Shown here: positions 31,490 through 45,000 of the stretch, one piece after another
How positions within the stretch are numbered: the first letter of the stretch is position 1
Layout of the letters: each line of letters opens with the position of its first letter
Source: the human T2T-CHM13v2.0 reference genome, Homo sapiens
Strand: one strand, 5' to 3'
Assembly: GCF_009914755.1 (NCBI RefSeq)
Contig: NC_060935.1
DNA: 64,000 bases
The notes under the pieces: generated by a model
The model's input: the letters and a program-made list of their open reading frames with translations, nothing else
Told to the model about the DNA's origin: nothing
The model's database searches: none
Position numbers and translations under genes: made by a program

Positions 31490-31920
31490 CCTCTTCCTGA
31501 TCACCTACTCTGTTCAGGCCCTATGCTTGGCACTCACTCCCCAGTTAGCGCCCGGGAGAAAAGACAGCTATAAATACTATCAGCATGTGGCAGAGGGAGT
31601 GCCGGACACCACACAAGTGGGGCAATTTAGAGCTCACGCCTTGCATGCTTAGAGATCAGGAGGCAGGGAAAGAGGAGAGAGGGTCTCACCAAACCCAGGC
31701 ACTTGGGCTGAAACTGAAAGGAAGGGGAAAAGTTCTGACAGGCTTGGAATGAGAAGTGCAGAAAAAGGACTTCCCAAGGGAGGAACTTGTGTGAACAAAG
31801 ACGCAGAGGTGAGCAAAGCAGCTATGATGGGAGAAGGAGGTTCTAGATTAGTCAGAGCATATGGGGCAAGACAGGACCACTTGTGATGTGGACACATGAA
31901 AAGGGGCTAGGCAGTGGGAA
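31490..31920 (-). mobile_element. L2 fragment
   Basis: cacctactctgttcaggccctatgcttggcac...gaggaacttgtgtgaacaaagacgcagaggtg. Confidence 0.55.
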
Positions 31921-31960
31921 TCCAAGAACATCCTCTAGATGGGAGTGGGTTCACGTCAGC

Positions 31961-32140
31961 CATGCTTCAAAAGGGATTTGCCAGGGAATTATTTATGGTG
32001 GTACCAAGCAAGCACTCATTTAGCTTATATCCAACATTATACAAACACGGCATTGAGCTCTGCAAGTTAGGGCCCTAATGCCACTCTAAATTAAATTCAT
32101 CAGTGTCTTAATTAAGATCTATATTTAGTTCTTAATTAAA
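31961..32140 (+). repeat. Copy 2 of the duplicated module, followed by two TTAATTAA sites
   Basis: acaaacacggcattgagctctgcaagttagggccctaatgc; palindrome tcttaattaaga at 32106-32117; TTAATTAA at 32132-32139. Confidence 0.75.
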
Positions 32141-33989
32141 GGGGAGAGAAAAACCCACGATGTTGCAGAGCTGAGATTTGGAATGGAGATAAATCATCTT
32201 TCTGCCAGTATACTGGGCACATGCCCACCCACTCTCAAGACACAGCACCCTGCCAGGGCTGGCAATCCTTTAATCTTCCCTCCCTCCCTCCTTCCTTTCC
32301 TCCCTCACTGTCTCCCTCCCTCCCTCCCTCCCTCCATTTCTTCTTTCCTTCATCTTTCATTACCTCCTTCTTACATTTATTCTACATCTATTTATTGAGA
32401 ACCTATTGTGTCCCAGGCATTCAGCTTTGATTCTGGGACGGGTAAGGAACAAAATAGAAATGGTCCCTGACCTCAAGGAGATTACATTCCAAAGAAAAAT
32501 AGCAATGGATACACATGCCTCAGCTTTGAGGTCCTGCCCCCCAGCCCCATAAGGCAATGCCATGGCATGGAGGAGAGAAGGAACTGGCAGAACACCGTCC
32601 TACACCCAAATGGGCAGTGACTTGTCTGAGACCCTGGATGAGTCGCTTCACCTCTTGGGGCCTTGTTCAATCTTCTCTAAAACAAAAACTACTCAGCTCC
32701 ACAGCATCATGGAAAGAATCCCAGCCTGAGCCACCAGAAGACCCATTCTCTCCTGGCTTCACCTGGCTCTGTGGACTTGGGCACATTGCTCTAGCTCTCA
32801 AAGGTTGCTGGGAGGATCAGACAAGACAATGGCTGGGAGAGGCTCTGTAATAGTCCCACGCCGTACACATGTATGTAGTCATTTTACAGTACCTCAAGGG
32901 GCTGTGATAAAGATCACTGAAGTTATAGGGGTAGACACTTTTATAGCAATTTACAGAAAACTTGAGATGTGAAATTGAAAAAATCATCTGCAAAGCAGAA
33001 GCTTTGAAATTCAAATTTATTTTTGTTTATATTTTGGCCAGGTCAAGTTCTTGGGCAGGGGCACTGTGAATTGCTGTTACTGTGTCAATTACACATCTGC
33101 GTGGACATTCAATTGTCTGGTTTCCCGAGTGAGGCAGGAGGATGGGAAGGGCTGGCAAGGGGACTCTGGTGCCGTCATCCCATCAGCCAGAGAAAGCCTT
33201 GGAGAGTGGCCATGTGGCCACTCTTCACAGTCCTCCTGTGCCTGCCATTCTGGGCAAGCTCTCAAGTGGGCCAGCTGCAGCCCCTTAAGCAGAGGATGGA
33301 GATGGGTTATCAGGTGAATGCGGAAGGGGTCTGTGAGCTTCCCTTTTACCCTAAGGTTCTAGGAATCTCTGACATCGATGGGGCACTCTCCCCTGGGAGC
33401 AGCTTAACTGAGCAGCCACAAAGACCTTTGCAAAGCATCAGCCTGAGTTCCTGGGAGGTCCAGTGCCTTGGCCTGGTGAACAGAGTTAGCAGAGGCCAAG
33501 AGTTGGAATCCACATGCACCTCGTGCCAAGGACTGTATCCAAGGTGACTCAATCATAAGCAAGAGGGGTTCCCGCCCTCGGCCCAGCCAGCACAAATTAG
33601 GAGGGAGAGCTGGAAGTCAGCGGGACAGCCACACTGATTACAATGCAAACTTAACCAGCTGCCCTTCCTCACCACTCCCAACCCCCAGAAAGTGCTTTTC
33701 TCCAGGGCCCAACCAGGGTTCCGGGGACCCTGGGTAAAATGCCACTGGGTAAAATGGTAAAATTTACCAGGGTTGATTATTACGGATGTCAGAGTGGTTT
33801 GGGAACAGAAGGAGACAGAAGTGCACCCCAATTGGGGAAAACGGATTGTACAAAGGTACAGAACCAATAAAGCCTGATGAGTTAAGAAAATAAGTAATTT
33901 GTGTGTGGTGTGAGGGGATGGGGCAGGTGAGGCAGGAAACGCCAGCTGAGACCAGCTTGGGGAAGGCCTTGCGCTCCATCATTTCACTC

Positions 33990-35545
33990 CTCCGCTCCAG
34001 CCTTAGGCAGCCTTCAGTGCACACCTCCGAGGAGCGTCCTTTCTCGTGAGCTTCCAGCCCAGGTCCCGGGCCGGGCAAGCCCCGCAGCGCCCCTCCACCT
34101 CGGAGCAGATCCTAGACCGAGGAAAAACAGTCCCCCAACACAGCCCCGGGTGGGCAGGGGGCACGGTTTATTTTAGAGCCGGCGACTCGCAGCCCAGGGA
34201 GCGGCGCTAAAACCCGCGGACCCGGCGGGCGCAGCGGGTCCGAGGAGCGGCGGGGGCGGCCGGCAAAGTTAACTTGGCACCACCGGCGCTTCAAAGCGGT
34301 GCAGCTGTGGCTAGCAGAGCCGGCGCCGCTTTCTTCTCGCCGCTTCCTTCTCCCCGATTAATCAGCGGCTACAGCCGTCGCTTTGATCCCCGAAATCAAA
34401 CCCTCCGTCTGATGGGTGACTTGATGTTATGCTAATCCAAGCTGATTGAGCTGAGATAATTACACTTCATCCAGGTTTCCTGGGAGTTCCGAATAAATAT
34501 TGATGCACATCTGTCCCCCGCTCAGGTGTAGAGGGGAGCTTTGCGCTCGCAACAGTTTCCGCCCACCCGGCAGCGCGCGCTCCGCCGCCCGCCTTCGTCC
34601 CTGCGCCCGGAGGCCACGAGCCGGGCGTTTGCCCCGAGCCTCCCCGCGCAGGGCCCGCGAGGCGCCCGGGGAAAGCGACCAAGACCTGGAGCTTTGCGGT
34701 TCGCGGCCCGGGTTGGAGTGGCCGCACACCCGTATCAGCTGTGTGGTCTTGGACATGTCACTTAATCTCTTTGAGCACCAGGGCCTAGCCATCTGTCTAG
34801 ATTGCGGCAAAGATTTTTTTTTTTTTTTTTTTTTTTTTTGAGATGGAGTCTCGCTCTGTCGCCCAGGCTGGAGTGCAGTGGCGCGATCTCGGCTCACTGC
34901 AACCTCCGCCTCCCGGGTTCAAGCTATTCTCCAGTGCGACAAAGATTTAATGGGATGCGTAAGAATGGGCCGAACTGCAAGGCGAGTCTCAACCCCGCGG
35001 AGCCTTCCTCAAGCGCCTCCTCCCCGCCAGCCCTCACGCGCCCGGCCGCCCGCTCCAGACGGTACGGAATTGAATAATAAAGACAGCGTTTCAGTGGCGC
35101 CGCTCCTCCCCGCAGGCTAATTAGGTCGTGTTTGTAAAGCACTTGGAAGACAAAACGCGCCCCAAGTGTTAATTATCATTAGCCCCGTCCCAACACGCTT
35201 CCCGAGCGGTGCGGAGAGCCAGGAGTGTCCCCTAGCCAACAGGCGGCCGGGTGGAACGCGGGGACCGCAGCCAGACCGCGCCCCCCACCCCTGCTGGCTC
35301 AGATCCCTTTCCCAGGCCCTCCGAAAATTGGGACACCAGGGCAGAAAGGGGTAGGGAGAGCAGCGGGGCACGAGACACAGCTAACTGCAGGTGTATCCGT
35401 CCCCCTCCGGGTAAGAGAGAGGGGACGCCCGGGAAGGCCTCACTCAGGAGGGCCTCCAGTGTTGGGGAAGGAGTCGGAGTCCACGCAGCGACCTGGGGCG
35501 AGTCTTCCGGGGCGTGGACTTCCCTAAGCACCGTGTCTTCCTAAA
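33990..35545. promoter_or_regulatory. CpG island with no visible associated gene
   Basis: Dense CpG and GC content at 34070-34740 and 34970-35530 against a CpG-depleted background; embedded AT-rich motif cores. Confidence 0.85.
34814..34932 (-). mobile_element. 5'-truncated AluS right-arm fragment inside a MIR in the CpG island
   Basis: T26 plus ~93 nt of Alu; TSD tgcg(g/a)caaagattt at 34803-34816 and 34935-34948. Confidence 0.9.
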
Positions 35546-36690
35546 TCTCTCAGGGTTTTCCCCAGGCAGACTCCAGAAGCTCGCCCCCATCGACTAAAGA
35601 CACTATTGCCCAATCCAGATCTCTTATAAGGCCCGGGCCAGGGCTGAAGGACTTTGGAGACAGACACCCGAGCTCAGAGTTTGTTCTGGCTGTGCCAGGC
35701 TGTACTTCTGGCAGATCTTGGCCTTGCCCTCAGAGTAAGACTGCCCTAGAAGTTGTAAAACCAAGCTAGTATTCCCTTCTCCCGCCTTTATTAGGGATGA
35801 TGAATACACAGCCCAGACCCCGAGGGGCCCCCACACCACTGCCAGTGGGAAGCAGAACCCAATTGGTATCCAGCTCCTCCTTCAGTGCTGGGGGGACATA
35901 CGCTTCGAATAACTCCAGCAACACTTAGAACACATCCCAGTGAAAAACAACCATGAATGATATGGAATTGACAGTCTACAAAGTGCATTTATATGCATCA
36001 TCCGATTAGGTCCTAATGAGCAACTGAGGCTCAGAAATGTTAGCAGGACTAGGGCTAGAGCCTGGGTTTGCTGTCCCCAGACTCCTTGTGATGTCTCCAA
36101 GCCCACTTTTCTGAGAGAGGCTGAAGCTGTAATTCTTTGCACACATGTAATCCTCCCATACTCTGTTGCTCACCACCGCTTTCCTGAAATTGGGCATTTA
36201 TCCAACAACAAGCATACCCAGGGACATTTCCTGTTGTCTTTAGAAGCTGGTGGGTAGAGCTGTGTGCCCAGACATCGTCCTCAGAGGCATGCGAAGACCA
36301 GCCTCTTGAATGAGGCAGAGTGGAGTTGGGGGGAGGGTACTCCCCACCTCCTGGGAAAAGAGTTCATAAGCTCTGCAAAGCAGGGGGTTGGACGCCACCA
36401 ACCCCTTTCACCCCCGTAATTCCTAACATGCTGTTGAATAGTGTGTGCTGAACTCCAGGCCGAGGTGAACTGGAGAAGCAAGTAGTGGAGGCCTCCGAGA
36501 AGGAAGCAGACGCCAGGAGGCTGAGTTCATGCCCTTTGCCAACGCCAGGGACGCCAGGCTTCTCAACCTTCCCTGAGCCCAAGAGGGCTAGAAATCACTG
36601 GGGGAGTCCCTTAAAGGGCGGATTTATGGCCCAGCCAGAGATTCTGATATAACAGTCTGTGTTAGAGCCCCTGGAATCTGCTTTAAACAC

Positions 36691-36692
<2 letters not shown>

Positions 36693-36729
<37 letters not shown>

Positions 36730-36751
36730 AGACACACACACACACACACAC
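36693..36751. repeat. Interrupted (CA)n microsatellite
   Basis: (ca)n with two ga interruptions. Confidence 0.95.
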
Positions 36752-37164
36752 TCCTCAGGCAGTCTAGATAACGGGCATTCCTCCAAACCCTCCTTGAGAA
36801 CCCCTGCCCACCAAGAGCTGAGCATTGCACAGAAACTCTCAGCAGTCAGCCAGGTAAAAGTGCAGGCGGATCCCAGGGAGGCAGGGCCATCTGGCAGGCC
36901 TGGTGGAGGGTGGGGAATGTTTGGTCCTCTCTACAGGAGTGCCTTGCTCTCAGAGTGTGGGTGAAGAGAGGCTAGGGAGCCGATGGCCCACTCTGTGTGG
37001 CGCTGCAAGCCCCCTGCTCTTCCGCCGGGACAGCCCGAGGGCAGAGCTCGGACAGCCTTCCTCTGAGGACTTCTGCAGAGGTTGTGCCACCTGTCACTGG
37101 GTCAGTGGGCAGACAGGTGTGCTGCCTGTCAGGAGCTTTGGGGTACACAAGACCCCCTTATCCA

Positions 37165-37405
37165 CTAGTTGCAGGAGGCTCAGGGCCGAGGGCTCACAAC
37201 ACTTTTAGGAGCCTATGGAAATGTTTTGATTTCTTTTAACATCAGAAGAAAATAAATGAGCTTTCAGAGAGAATAAAGTATTTTAATATACAATATTAAC
37301 TTATTCATCTGTCTACTAATACAGTCATAGTGAGTTTTTTTAATGGAGAAAGGAACCCATGAAAGCCAAAGTGCCTAAGGGGCCACAAAAGTCATAAAAT
37401 GGCCT
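37165..37405. mobile_element. hAT-Tip100-type MITE (ORSL-like)
   Basis: aaatgttttgatttcttttaacatcagaagaaaa...aaagtgcctaaggggccacaaaagtcataaaatggcc. Confidence 0.5.
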
Positions 37406-38779
37406 GGGGCAGGAGGACAAGGGATGTGAGGAGGGTGGCAGGTGACTGCCCTGACACATAGGAGGCTTCCCACAGGGCAGATATGACTTCCCATGGCAAC
37501 CAGAGCTTGCTGTCAACCAGGCCCCTCACTGGCAGTGCCCAGGGTCCAATGGAAAGGGGCAGCTGCTGAATGGGCCCTAGAGTTGTCATGGCAATTATGA
37601 TTGACAATGGAGCATCCTGTGAATGCCAACAATGATCCCTAAAATGACCTCTGCCCTACAGGCTGGGTCCTGCAGGGAATGTTGGCAGGCTGGGCTCAAA
37701 ATGAGAAAGAGGGGAGAAAGAGGACTGGATGCAGGAGTGGGAGGACCTGGCCTATGTGCCTTTGGGCAGCAGTAAATGAATGTAAGTGAGGTCCAGGTGA
37801 GCACATTTATTTTATAGTAAATATTTTGGGTCCTTTTTGATCTGAAATTGCACATCCTTCATTCTTCTCTCTAAGTGGGGAAAAAGAGGAGAAGAAAAAG
37901 AAGTACCACTCTGGCCTGGCCTATTTCCCCAGAGCTCACTCCTCATCTTACCCTACCATCTCCCCATCTTCACCCAACTCCCAATGCCCTGTAAGGCCCC
38001 AAACTTTGCGTGTGGTGGGTAAGCAGCCCTACCACAGTCAGAGGCCACGTTCACTAATCCAGAAATTAAAGCGCCCGCAGAAAACAGGCTAATCAAATTA
38101 TACATTCCTAGAACCATTTATAAGCCGGGTACATTCTTTAATCTTAATTAGAAATCTGAGCAGCTCCCACCGTCTCTGTAATCAACATTTAAACAGCACT
38201 GACCCCCATGGCACTAACCTTGAGAGCCACACACAGGTTGGCGAGAAGAGAGCTGGGGCTGCCTCCTTGCTGGAGAAGGGGTGTTCGTGGAACTGAGCAA
38301 GGCTGGATCACTCAGCTGCCCCCGCGACACTCCATGTCTTCCCCTCCCTGATGACCCATACATACACACAGTCTCAATCTATCCAATCCACCCACCAACC
38401 CCCATGCTCCCAACCCAGGACCAGGTTTAGAACCTTGTGTCTCTCACCTAACAATTACAATACTTTTCTAACTGGCCCAATTCTCTAAGCCACAACACAA
38501 TGATCTTTCTACAGAGCACTTCTGACCATGTTGGTTCCTATAAAACTCCTCAAGGTTCCTTAGAGCCTTTAAGATATAATCCACACCTGCCTCCCCTGAG
38601 CACGGTGCCCCAGGCTTTGTGGTCCAGCCCCTGCTACCTCTTTATCGCACTCCTCTGTGACACTGAACTCCTGCCATCCCCTGCAAACAAAAAGGGATTT
38701 AATTTTCTGAGTCTTTGCACATGCATCCCACCAGGAATGCTTCCCTCTGGTTTTAACAAACCTGGTCCTACTTAGCCTT

Positions 38780-39975
38780 TAAAACCTTGCAAAGAAAACA
38801 TATGTCCACACAAAAACTTTTACAGGAAGGTGCACGGCACCATGATTCATACTAGTCCCAAACTGGAAACAATCCAAATGCCCACTTACCTGGTGAATGG
38901 ATAAAGAAACTGTGGTACAGCCATACAATGGAATAGAACTCAGCAACCAGAAGAAACGAACTACTGTTACATGCAACAACAAGAATGGACCACAAACACA
39001 TTATGCTAAGTCAAAGAAGACAGACACACAAGATTATGTATTATGTCGGGGGTCCCCTACTGGTCCGTGGCCTGGTAGGAAACTGGCTACACAGCAGGAG
39101 GTGAGGGGCTGGCAGGTGAGTGAAGCTTCATCCGTATTTACAGCCACTCCCCATGGCTCACATTGCCACCTGAGCTCTGCCTGCTTGTTAGGTCGGTAGG
39201 GCATTAGATTCTCATAGGAGCGTGAACCCTATTGTGAACTGTGCATGCGAGGGATCTAGGTTGCATGTTCCTTATAAGAATCTAATGCCCTGTTGATCTA
39301 ACATTGTCACTGTCTCCCATCACCCCCAGATGAGACTGTCTAGTTACAGGAAAACAAGCTCAGAGCTCCCACTGATTCTACATTATGGTGAGCTGTAGAA
39401 TTATTATATATTACAATGTAATAATAAAGTGCACAATGAGTGTAATGTGCTTGCATCATCCCGAAACCATCCCCACCCTGGTCTGTGGAAAAAGTGTCTT
39501 CCACAAAACCGGTCCCTGGTGCCAAAAAGGTTGGGGACCGCTGTATTACATATTCCATTTACATGAAATTTCCAGAAAAGTTAAACACATAGAGGTTGGA
39601 GGCAGGTCAGTAGTTGCCTTGAGCCTGGAGTAGGAGTAGTAATTGACAGCATACGGGCATGAAGGGGGTCTTTGGGAGTGATGGAAGTATTAATAAGTAT
39701 TCTACAACTCTATTGTGGTGATAGTTGCATAAAGGTATAAACTTACTAAAAATCATTGAACTGTATACTTACAATGGGTGAATTTTATGGTATGAATAAA
39801 ATTAGCAGTAAAGCCGTTAATCAGTAAAGCTAATTGACAGATGGGGATAGATGTGATGAATTAAGTATCATACAATGATAATAGTAGAACCTAAGCAGTG
39901 GGTTGAGTGTTCACGGAAAAATTCTTTCAACTTCTCTGTATGCTTGAGAATTTTCATAATAAAATGTTGGGGGAT
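38780..39975 (+). mobile_element. Old L1ME-type ORF2 end and 3'UTR, split by MER1A
   Basis: aactggaaacaatccaaatgccc...gaatggataaagaaactgtggtac...; aaatcattgaactgtatacttacaatgggtgaattttatgg. Confidence 0.78.
39047..39543 (+). mobile_element. MER1A (hAT-Charlie)
   Basis: ggcattagattctcataggagcgtgaaccctattgtgaactg...aaaccggtccctggtgccaaaaaggttggggaccgctg; 8-bp TSD tattatgt/tattacat. Confidence 0.9.
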
Positions 39976-41351
39976 GGGGGTTCTTGTTACAGCCTCACTT
40001 TTCTGAAGCCTTTCTCCTTTGCCTTCCCCTCACTCTACATGCCAATCTTGGAAACAATTCACCTCTCACTTCCGTATAATAAGTGGTCACTTATATGGGC
40101 TCTTGCCTTGTGAAGCTGATCTTCTTTGTCCTGCCAAGTGTCAACTGAGGAACCCTCTTACGTACACAAAGATGACGCTAGAAGGCGTTCATTGTTCAAA
40201 GGATCAAGATGTAACCAAATCTGTGCTTTGAGTATTCTATTGTTGTTTTTGTTTTTTGTTTTTTTAAGTGGTTTAACAATATTTACCTTACCTTTTTATG
40301 GCTGGGGCAGAAGCCCAATTTACATAAAAAGCCCAGAGACTTTTGGGAGGAAAGAAATAAATGGCCTAACTTCCTGAGCTCTCTACGACTCAACAGGTCA
40401 GGGAGACTTGCTGCTGAACTAAAGTCCTGTAAAATTCAGGACTCTAAGTTATCTTAAGGAAAAAGGATGTCCAGGTGAGCGATCTGGGCCTGAAAGAGGG
40501 CCATAGAAGTTCATGGGAGAGTACTGGTTTGGGCAAACCATGTGTGTGGTGCAGAAGATCCTCCACGCCCAGAGACCACTGGATGGAGTTTGTACTTTGG
40601 AAATAACCGCTGAGGGTATGAGTGAGATCCATGTGTGCTGAAGGTTTGAAGGCCCTGGCGCCCCACTGTGGTCTGGCAGAGGCCTTAGGGTCTGAGAACT
40701 GGAGCCCGCGGGCTGTGCAGAGCACTGCAGCAAGTTCCAGTCATGCTGGGCCATTAGGCTGATGAAGTCTCTGCACTTGGCTTTGGAAGAAGGCAACCCC
40801 ATTTGGACCAAGTATGCTACTAGGGTCAATGAAGAGTTCAAGAGGCCTGGGGGAGGGAGACTCAAGAGGGAGATCCCAGGCTAGCTGCTCATCAGGAAGG
40901 TGGGCTTGCAGGCAACCAAATTTTAAAATGTGATTGTGCTTTTGCTGCAGGTTTGTGCAGTGGTTCACACCAGCTGCAATTGTATCATGCCTCTGTGTTT
41001 CCTTACTGACTTGTTTGACTGGAGACTGAATCTGTGAGGCAGGGACTGTATGCCATTTATCTCTACCTCCTTAGCACAGTTCCTGGCACATTCTAAGTGT
41101 CAGTCCAGGACCCTAAAACCCCAACCTGTGGCCCCAGCTCGGATGCCAGCCCACAGCATGGCATCAAGAAAGTCCCTGAAGCCTGGTTTTTCTCTAACTC
41201 AGGCCAGCCATACCAAGAAGGGAGCAAGGACAGAATGCTGGTGAAGGATTTGAAACTTCTCGAAGAGGGAGGGAACTGGTGCTACCGCGGACTCAGGGCA
41301 GAACAACCTAATGCCTGAGCCCATCCATTCACTTATTCAATCCACATTTTA

Positions 41352-42640
<1,289 letters not shown>

Positions 42641-42646
42641 AATGGG

Positions 42647-42790
42647 GGCTGGGCACAGTGGCTCACATCTGTAATCCCAATACTTTGGGAGGCCAAGGTG
42701 GGAGGACTGCTTGAGCATGGAGTTCAAGACCAATTTGGGCAACATAGTGAGACCCCACCTCTACAGAAAAAAAAAAAAGAAAGAAAAAAA
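42647..42790 (+). mobile_element. Alu left monomer (FLAM-like)
   Basis: Single monomer ending ctctacag plus A tail. Confidence 0.82.
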
Positions 42791-42898
42791 AGAAACTGGA
42801 ACTTGGTAAACTGTCAACAATATCCATGATAGGATCTCCAAAGGAAAGGGAGGCAACAGGAAAGCTCTCCAGAGGAGGTGGCCTATGAGCTGGGTCTT

Positions 42899-43257
42899 TG
42901 TATTAGTCTGGTCTCACATTGCTGATAAAGACATACCCAAGACTAGGTAATTTATAAAGATAAAAAGGTTTAATGGACTCACCATTCCACGTGGCTGGGG
43001 AGGCCTCACAATCATGGTGGAAGTCAAAAGACATGTCTCACATGGTGGCAAACAAGAGAGAAAGCAAGCCAAGTGAAAGGGGTTTCCCCTTTTAAAACCA
43101 TCAGATCTCATGAGACTTATTCACTACCACGAGAACAGTATGGGGGAAACTGCCCCCGTGATTCAATTATCTCCCACTGGGTCCCTCCCACAACATATGG
43201 GAATTATGGGAGCAATCCAAGATGAGATTTGGCTGAGAACACAGTCAAACCATATCA
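42899..43257 (-). mobile_element. THE1 (THE1B-like) MaLR solo LTR inserted in L2
   Basis: tgtattagtc...gctgataaagacatacccaagact...aaaccatatca; perfect 5-bp TSD gtctt at 42894-42898 and 43258-43262. Confidence 0.93.
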
Positions 43258-44129
43258 GTCTTCAAAAATGGGCAGGACTTATCTGTGAGACAAGAGGGAG
43301 AAGGTGATCCCAGGCACTGGGCTCAGCATCTGAAAAAGCATAGCAAGATGTTCAAAGGACCAGGAGACATTTGGCAGGACTGGAGAGTTGGGGACACAAG
43401 GCACATAAGAAATCCAAGTCTGGCTGAAAAAATCGCAGGGCTAACATGGTGCCGGCCCTCATCGGCTGTGCTAAGGAGCTTGAACCTTAGTCAGTGAGAA
43501 ACAGGGGAGTCTCGTTTGTTGAAGGATGATTTTGAGGACAGTGTGGGAGTCAGTTGGAGTACTTCTAATTAGGAGCACTGCTATGTGCCTCTCAAACTAA
43601 CTCATGGCCCCACCAGTTTTCCTGAGCACTCTCAGAGCCATAGGTGGTGTCTGCAGCAGCAGCAACAGGTAAGGAGCTGGGACTGCTGCCTCCCTGTGGG
43701 CCAGGTAGCAAGGACAGAGGTACGTAGATAGGAGGGAATGAACCTGGTCCCCTCCCAGGAGCTCAGAATGAAGCCACCAGCCATGGGCATAAAGAGAAGC
43801 AGGCCTGGAGCAGTCCCAACCGCTTCCTGGTGAATCTCGTCGTCCCCACACTCACTGTGCAATCAGCAGCCTGGCCAACCATCCAGCCCTGTTAAGGTGG
43901 CTGTTGTCTCATCCCCTGCCAGGAGGAAGGGAAACATCCAGTTCCCAAGAGGAAGTCCAGTGAGGAAACCATGACATACACATCCTTCCATTCCCAGACT
44001 CTTCTACACATACACCTGCCTCTCCCTTGAACTACTGAGCTCTGGTTCCCTCTCCCCTACCCTTACCAACTTCCAAGTGGGGTCTGACCTGGCCCCTCTA
44101 CTTCCTCCCCACCTGTTGGTCCCTCAAGC

Positions 44130-45000
44130 CCCTGCAGTCTGGCTATTGATACAGCTGAGGACACTAATGACCCCCCAGTGACCACCTCTAAGAGCCATCT
44201 GAGACCCCATCCTCTCTGACTTCTGAGTGGCATTTCTCACTTTGGACAGCATTCTTCTTCTTAAGTTCAACTCAGAGTCTGGAGCCCTCCCAGGCCTTGA
44301 TCTGGGCAGTACTCCATGGCTGCTTTACCACTTTCTGCCCCTCTGGCCATCCCTGTCTGCCCCTTTCACCACCTCTTTCTGCCTTTGAGCCCCATGTGAG
44401 TGTGTTCTCATCGCCGTATCTCCAGATGCCCCCTCCCACCATGCCCTCTCTCCCTCCACGGCTCCATTCTCACATAATGATGGCTCTCCTATCTAAACTC
44501 CAGGCCTCCCCACCTCCTGAGAGGGCTCCAGCCTCCCTCCCAAGGCTTCTGCTGGACATTCCTCTCTGGCTGTCCTACACCAGCTCAGTCCCAAAATGTC
44601 TGCCACCAAGGTCATTGTCTTTTCCCCACCCTCCTCCTCCTCACCCCCTAGCTTCTCAGATGCCATCTGCAGCTTTCACACCACCACACTCGAAACCCCA
44701 GACTTCCCCATGACCCCTCACCCCCCCCCATGACCTCTCTTACTCCTTCCTTCTATTCAGTGGCCAAGTTATCAGAATCTTAGATTCTGATTTTTGTCAT
44801 AAACAAACTTCCGTAGCTCTCATATGTCTGTCCAATAAGCTTGAACTTCTCAGCGTGGCACTCAAGGCCCATGGTGGCCAGCCTCCTGCCTTCTCCTTCT
44901 GCCTTGTTTGCTAGTTCCCTTCTCTGGGAACCTCCACCACTTCACTCATGCCACCTTCCTCTCCTTCAACGCTTTCTCTCCCCTAACCCAAGTGAGCAAT
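44130..45000 (+). mobile_element. L2 fragments
   Basis: CT-rich L2 body (catcctctctgacttctgagtggcatt; ctgctggacattcctctctggctgtcc). Confidence 0.55.

Noticed and set aside
34460-35544. Arg/Pro/Gly-rich ORFs across the CpG island
   Set aside because: GC-rich DNA is poor in stop codons; the ORFs overlap in several frames and run into an Alu
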